Assembly (NCBI GenBank): GCA_965250005.1
Contig: OZ252279.1
Coordinates: 1,440,001 to 1,472,000, forward strand
Origin: Demequinaceae bacterium
GTDB lineage: Bacteria; Actinomycetota; Actinomycetes; Actinomycetales; Demequinaceae
DNA length: 32,000 nt
Direction: 5' to 3'
Part shown: positions 29,015 to 32,000 of the stretch, piece by piece
How positions within the stretch are numbered: the stretch's first letter is position 1
How the letters are laid out: each line of letters starts with the position of its first letter
Position numbers and translations under genes: made by a program
The notes under the pieces: generated by a model
Told to the model about the DNA's origin: nothing
The model's input: only the letters and a program-made list of their open reading frames with translations
Databases searched by the model: none

Positions 29015-29593
29015 CTACCCGGTGCGCACCACGCAGTCCTCGAGGTGATCGTCCACGAGGCCGCAGGCCTGCATCAGCGCATACATGGTCACCGGGCCAA
29101 CGAACACGAACCCATTTGCCTTCAGGTCCTTGGCAAGGGCCTTCGATTCTTCGGACTCGGAGCGCATGTCGTCCCAACCGCGGACAGGGGCGGGGCGCGG
29201 GTTTTCGGGGGCGTGCGACCAGATTAGGTCGGAGAGCGAGCCGCCCGACTCCTGCAATGCCACGAGCGCACGCGCGTTGGTGATGGTCGCCTCGATCTTG
29301 CGGCGATTGCGGATGATGCCCGCGTCTTCGAGCAGGCGCAGGACGTCTTCCTCTTCGAAGCCCGCGAGCACCCGCGGGTCGAAATCCGCAAAGGCCGCGT
29401 TGAATGCGGCGCGCTTGTGCAGCACTGTTGACCACGATAGGCCCGACTGGAAGGCCTCGAGCGCTAGCCGCTCGAGCAACGCCTGGTCGTCGCGAACGGG
29501 CACGCCCCACTCCGTGTCGTGATACTCCTCCATTTGCGGGTCCCCGTTGCCGAAGCAGCGGATCACGTCGGCGCTATTGTCCATGTGGTCCAT
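29015..29593 (-). CDS. tag: DNA-3-methyladenine glycosylase I
   Basis: MDHMDNSADVIRCFGNGDPQMEEYHDTEWGVPVRDDQALLERLALEAFQSGLSWSTVLHKRAAF; NGFVFVGPVTMYALMQACGLVDDH. ATG at 29593 or 29584, not 29770. Confidence 0.92.
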   Translation of the reverse strand: MDHMDNSADVIRCFGNGDPQMEEYHDTEWGVPVRDDQALLERLALEAFQSGLSWSTVLHKRAAFNAAFADFDPRVLAGFEEEDVLRLLEDAGIIRNRRKIEATITNARALVALQESGGSLSDLIWSHAPENPRPAPVRGWDDMRSESEESKALAKDLKANGFVFVGPVTMYALMQACGLVDDHLEDCVVRTG

Positions 29594-29732
29594 CTTGCGC
29601 GAAAGGTGCGACTTCTGTCGCCCAACAGTCTCGGTTCGCGGGGTTGGTGCGCTGCGGACGGTCCTTTGTGACATCGGTCGGCCAGCAACGATTCGCTCAG
29701 ACTCCCGCGCACGCGTAGCCTTACGTCCCGAC

Positions 29733-30623
29733 ATGACCATTTCAACGTTGCTCGCGGGCCCAGCACCCACGCTGTCCTACGAGCTGTTCCCCCCGCGCAC
29801 CCCGGAGGCCGAACTGGCGCTCTGGGAAACTATCGCGCGCCTGGCGGAAACCACCCCGGACTTCGCCTCCATCACGTACGGAGCGAGCGGGTCGACGCGC
29901 GACACTAGCCGGGCAGTAGTTCAGCGCCTCGCGGAGACCCACACCATCCCACCGCTCGCGCATCTCACCTGCGTGGATGCGTCGCGCGCTGAGGTAACGG
30001 CGGTCATCGAGGAGTTCCTTGACGAAGGAGTTCGCGACTTCCTCGCGCTGCGGGGCGACCCCCCCAAGGGTCAGAAAGACTGGAAGCCGCATCCGGATGG
30101 GCTGCTTTACGCTTCTGACTTGGTCGCGCTCCTGCGCGAGGTGGGAGCGGCGCACGGCATCACCGGGCCAGACTTGAGCATCGGCGTTACGGCGTTTCCC
30201 GCGGCTCACGCGAACGAGCAGTGGCGGCAGCAGGGCCTGGACGTCTTGCGTGCCAAGCAGGAGGCGGGCGCCGACTTCGCCGTCACCCAGGTCTTCTACG
30301 ACGCCACGCAGTACATGGCGCTCGTCAAGGACTTAGCGGCCGATGGTATTTCGCTGCCGATCGTTCCCGGGATCATCCCGCTGTTGGACGCCGGACGCGC
30401 GGCCCGACTAGCGCAGTTGACGGGCGTACCGGCCCCCGAATCGCTCGTGGCTCGCCTCCAGCAGGCAGAAAACACCGAGGCGGCTTGCGACGCCGGCGTG
30501 GAGCACGCAGCTGAACTCGCGAGCGCGTTGCTGGATGCGGGCGCGCCCGGAGTGCACATCTACACGTTTAACCGCGACTACGCGGCAGTCAAGTTAGTCG
30601 AGGCGATTGGCATTCGCGCCTAG
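29733..30623 (+). CDS. metF: Methylenetetrahydrofolate reductase
   Basis: SYELFPPRTPEAE, DFASITYGASGSTRDTSRAVV, HLTCVDAS, LRGDPPKG, ADFAVTQVFYDATQY, PIVPGIIPL. Confidence 0.93.
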   Translation: MTISTLLAGPAPTLSYELFPPRTPEAELALWETIARLAETTPDFASITYGASGSTRDTSRAVVQRLAETHTIPPLAHLTCVDASRAEVTAVIEEFLDEGVRDFLALRGDPPKGQKDWKPHPDGLLYASDLVALLREVGAAHGITGPDLSIGVTAFPAAHANEQWRQQGLDVLRAKQEAGADFAVTQVFYDATQYMALVKDLAADGISLPIVPGIIPLLDAGRAARLAQLTGVPAPESLVARLQQAENTEAACDAGVEHAAELASALLDAGAPGVHIYTFNRDYAAVKLVEAIGIRA

Positions 30624-30644
30624 TTTCAGGCTCGGTGGGGCTAT

Positions 30645-31091
30645 TCAGCCTTCGTAGTTGTTGGCGTCGGTAAGCGTGACCTTCGCGCCATTTTCAATGG
30701 TGCGAGACACGGTGCACGTCTTCTCGTGCGCGGTCTTGAGCGCAGCACCGACGCGGGCCCGAGCCTTGTCGCCGTCTTCGCCCTCGGGGAACTTGAGGTC
30801 AAATGACAGGCGGATGTCCCGCAGAATCGAGCCATCCTCGCCACCGCTCACCTTGTCCGTGACTGCCGTGACCTCGAAGTGGTCGGGTTCGATGCGACGC
30901 GACGTCATCATGTCGACGTCGGTACTGGAGCAACCGAGCATGGCGGCGAGCAGTAGTTCGATTGAGCCGAATCCCCCCTTGGCGTTGTGCCCAAAGCGGA
31001 TCTGAGCACCACGACCGTTGTCGGCGATGAAGATGCCTTCGGCCTCGCGGGTGAGTGTGACGTTTCGCTGTACTATTGTTTCTTCTTCCAT
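30645..31091 (-). CDS. OsmC family protein
   Basis: GFGSIELLLAAMLGCSSTDVDMM, AHEKTCTVSRTI motif; AAAGGA RBS. Confidence 0.85.
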   Translation of the reverse strand: MEEETIVQRNVTLTREAEGIFIADNGRGAQIRFGHNAKGGFGSIELLLAAMLGCSSTDVDMMTSRRIEPDHFEVTAVTDKVSGGEDGSILRDIRLSFDLKFPEGEDGDKARARVGAALKTAHEKTCTVSRTIENGAKVTLTDANNYEG

Positions 31092-31296
31092 GGCGTGATC
31101 CTTTCACGGGTTGTTTGTGCGGTAGAACAGCTCCCGGGCACGCCCATATTCCCATGTGGGCGGATGCAACTACGCTTGGCGGAACTAGCAACCATGCCGA
31201 TGCTGGTAGAGGCACGATCGCGGGCATCGCGCCGGTCCGGATAGATGTGCGGCGAGCGTCTCAGCGAACCCAGAGAAAGCTGGTAAACTCGAACAT

Positions 31297-32000
31297 ATGT
31301 TCAGCTACGTGGATCTGTTTGCGGGCGTGGGTGGATTTCACGCGGCGCTTGGCGCGCTCGGTGGCGAATGCGAGTTCGCGTCCGAGATCGATGCTGATGC
31401 TGTCGCGGTTTACGAAGCGAACTGGGGCGGCGCCGTTTCCGGCGACATCGTGCCGCTCACCGCAGATCAGATGGCTGTCCCCGCCCACGATGTGCTCGCA
31501 GCTGGATTTCCATGTCAGCCATTCTCGAAGAGCGGCTATCAGCGGGGCATGGCGGAGACTAGAGGCACGCTCTTCTGGAACATCTGCCGCGTGCTTGAGG
31601 AGCGGCAGCCGGGCGTAGTTCTCCTCGAAAATGTGCGAAATCTCGCGGGCCCTCGGCACCGCGAGACCTGGGCGACCATTGTGCGGTCGCTGCGCGACCT
31701 CGGCTACAAAGTCTCGGGTGCGCCAACCGTTTTCTCTCCGCACAACTTGCCGCTCGCCCTTGGAGGGCGACCCCAGACTCGAGACCGAGTGTTCATAACC
31801 GGAATATACGTGGGCAAGGACCGCGCGTGGGCGGAAGCAACCAATGAGTTGCTTGTGCCCAACAAGCCTGTGGACGGATGGGACCCGCGGGATTGGAATC
31901 TACTCGATCATCTTCCGGTCGCGACCGATGCTCAAACCAAGGCCGACTACGGGTTGAGCGGCGCGGAAACCGAGTGGATTGAGACTTGGGACGAGTTCGT
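31297..32000 (+). CDS. C5-cytosine-specific DNA methyltransferase, 3'-truncated by window end, absent from the supplied ORF track
   Basis: Open frame ATG at 31297 to base 32000. Motif I YVDLFAGVGGFHAAL; motif IV AAGFPCQPFSKSGYQRGMAETRGTLF; motif VI VVLLENVRNL; motif VIII PQTRDRVFITGI. Confidence 0.95.
   Translation, partial: MFSYVDLFAGVGGFHAALGALGGECEFASEIDADAVAVYEANWGGAVSGDIVPLTADQMAVPAHDVLAAGFPCQPFSKSGYQRGMAETRGTLFWNICRVLEERQPGVVLLENVRNLAGPRHRETWATIVRSLRDLGYKVSGAPTVFSPHNLPLALGGRPQTRDRVFITGIYVGKDRAWAEATNELLVPNKPVDGWDPRDWNLLDHLPVATDAQTKADYGLSGAETEWIETWDEF

Noticed and set aside
28320-29510. 396-aa reverse ORF in the track overlapping gcvH, the NUDIX gene and tag
   Set aside because: Overlaps three genes with strong motifs; low-complexity Arg/Pro/Gly/His composition typical of shadow frames in high-GC DNA.
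31261-31743. 160-aa reverse ORF antisense to the DNA methyltransferase
   Set aside because: The plus strand carries all the expected methyltransferase motifs; the reverse frame has none.

Overview
High-GC actinobacterial chromosomal segment, gene-dense and mostly conserved housekeeping DNA. Left part: 3' end of a SulP-family transporter, a DUF3566-type membrane protein, tRNA-Ile(GAT), a 41-aa DLW-39-like mini-protein, tRNA-Ala(TGC), a membrane protein with an H1-like Lys/Ala/Pro tail, cyclophilin, rhomboid protease, CrgA, class E sortase with a coupled 52-aa membrane protein, and TrpG/PabA. A polyprenyl diphosphate synthase follows, then the complete reverse-strand envelope/cell-division cluster fhaA-fhaB-pstP-rodA-pbpA-pknA-pknB. 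Middle: tRNA-Leu(CAG), dTDP-rhamnose genes rmlA/D/C/B and a three-gene overlapping operon (LPG-synthase-TM-like/flippase-like protein plus GT4 and GT2 glycosyltransferases). Right part: DUF1508 mini-protein, gcvP-gcvT-gcvH, NUDIX hydrolase, DNA-3-methyladenine glycosylase I, MetF-like reductase and OsmC-like protein. At the extreme right edge is a truncated C5-cytosine DNA methyltransferase that the ORF track does not list. No CRISPR array, transposase or integrase was seen. The methyltransferase is the only clear lead toward a defence or accessory system, and its neighbourhood is outside the window. Other points of interest are dyads whose ends carry the stop codons of convergent gene pairs, several start codons placed 6-7 nt after a -10-like hexamer (candidate leaderless genes), a shared dyad between rmlD and rmlC, and small proteins missed by the ORF track.
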